Positions 31,605 through 32,000 of a DNA stretch of 32,000 nucleotides are shown one piece after another. Within the stretch, counting starts at the first letter, position 1. Each line of letters begins with the position of its first letter. The position numbers and the translations under genes were made by a program. Origin of the DNA: Candidatus Hadarchaeota archaeon (GTDB taxonomy: Archaea > Hadarchaeota > Hadarchaeia > Hadarchaeales > Hadarchaeaceae); contig CAZETV010000001.1 in assembly GCA_964514965.1 (NCBI GenBank), positions 933,063 to 965,062 on the forward strand. Direction: 5' to 3'. The notes below the pieces were generated by a model. That model saw only the letters and a program-made list of their open reading frames with translations. It was not told the DNA's origin and ran no database searches.

Positions 31605-31778
31605 GCTTACGATTTCACGCGAATGGATAAATTTTTCGCAATAGGTGTAAAAATAACTGAAATTCAAGACGCTTGAATTCAGCAGATGATGGAGATATTT
31701 AGGATGGAGGTACAAACCTGGGTTCAAACTCTTAATACCACACCATATGCATTCTGAAGTAGTTTAGGCATTTTCAGA

Positions 31779-31798
31779 GGAGATTTCCGGAAATCTCC
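31779..31798. promoter_or_regulatory. perfect 20-bp palindrome GGAGATTTCC|GGAAATCTCC in the intergenic region upstream of the ATP-cone nuclease gene
   Basis: Exact self-complementarity over 20 nt, checked base by base. Followed within 35 nt by related half-site-like words (ctGGAAATtttttGGAGAT). No ORF covers it. Confidence 0.35.
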
Positions 31799-32000
31799 CA
31801 GAATTTTGCTGGAAATTTTTTGGAGATAAAAAGTGGCTAAACTTCTGGATTTGTACCCACACTAATCGTTTTGAGGACCATGCATAAGTATAAATTCCTA
31901 GCCGAGAATCTACCGTTGAAAAAAGATTAATAAAACGAAAACTGTATATAGTTATTGTTGCGTATTATCTAAAGATAGTATGCAAGCTGAAGAGCAGATT

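Noticed and set aside
31605-31727. 41-codon N-terminal extension of the ATP-cone nuclease ORF (MNPGLYLHPKYLHHLL...)
   Set aside because: The composition looks like translated AT-rich spacer, and ATP-cone domains normally start at the protein N-terminus (MYVIK...). The extension was kept only as an alternative. The same reasoning was used to trim the track ORFs at 13687, 14767 and 20851.
31779-31830. Interpreting the 20-bp palindrome plus downstream T-runs as an intrinsic terminator
   Set aside because: No co-oriented gene ends upstream of it. The adjacent gene is on the other strand and starts rather than ends here.
1-32000. Search for CRISPR arrays, rRNA genes, transposases, integrases/recombinases and toxin partners for the RHH gene
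   Set aside because: I found no regularly spaced short repeats. No ORF has tyrosine- or serine-recombinase or DDE motifs, and no rRNA-like segment is present. The RHH gene has no adjacent toxin-sized ORF. The island is therefore called from its tRNA scar and composition only.
31980-32000. Possible plus-strand gene start (ATGCAAGCTGAAGAGCAGATT) about 30 nt after a tgtatatag TATA-like box
   Set aside because: Only seven codons lie inside the window, which is too little evidence.

Overview
Archaeal chromosomal segment. Archaeal hallmarks are aEF-2 with the diphthamide motif, a bulge-helix-bulge type tRNA intron, an archaeal-type DmrX and a DUF1512 protein. All homology calls come from reading the supplied translations by eye; no searches were run. 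The window has four blocks. (i) 44-5948, minus strand: a tightly overlapping six-gene operon, fwdD-fwdB-fwdA-ftr-fwdC-mch, covering the first three methanofuran/H4MPT C1 steps. (ii) 6053-13280: a tetrahydromethanopterin (H4MPT) biosynthesis supercluster of MetE-like protein, RFAP synthase, DUF1464/ASKHA protein, MJ0301-type dihydropteroate-synthase-like protein, DmrX, DUF447 and CitG-like protein. Four of these seven have no assigned reaction. (iii) 13284-19212: higher-GC housekeeping genes (membrane protein, endonuclease III, SWIM protein, KsgA/Dim1, EF-2, DUF1512). (iv) From an intron-containing tRNA-Leu(CAG) at 19288-19394 rightwards: an accessory mosaic. It starts with a very low-GC island of about 3.4 kb, partitioned by two diverged direct repeats of about 240 bp. 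Each repeat consists of a tRNA-Leu 3' end plus a small RHH gene; one copy is intact and one is decayed. The island carries an arsR-led cassette (Met-rich exported protein, free-standing ThrRS-editing-domain-like protein, SAM methyltransferase, DsrE-like protein) and an LMW-PTP-type arsC. To its right lie a strikingly GC-rich membrane gene, an ICMT-like methyltransferase, a GH15 plus sugar-porter pair, an orphan gene, a type-III P-type H+-ATPase, an internally deleted USP and an ATP-cone/PD-(D/E)xK nuclease fusion. I saw no mcr/mtr, rRNA, CRISPR array, transposase or integrase. The best candidates for undescribed biology are the unassigned members of the H4MPT cluster, ftr embedded inside the fwd operon, the tRNA-anchored repeat-bounded island with its unusual cassette, and the ATP-cone nuclease.
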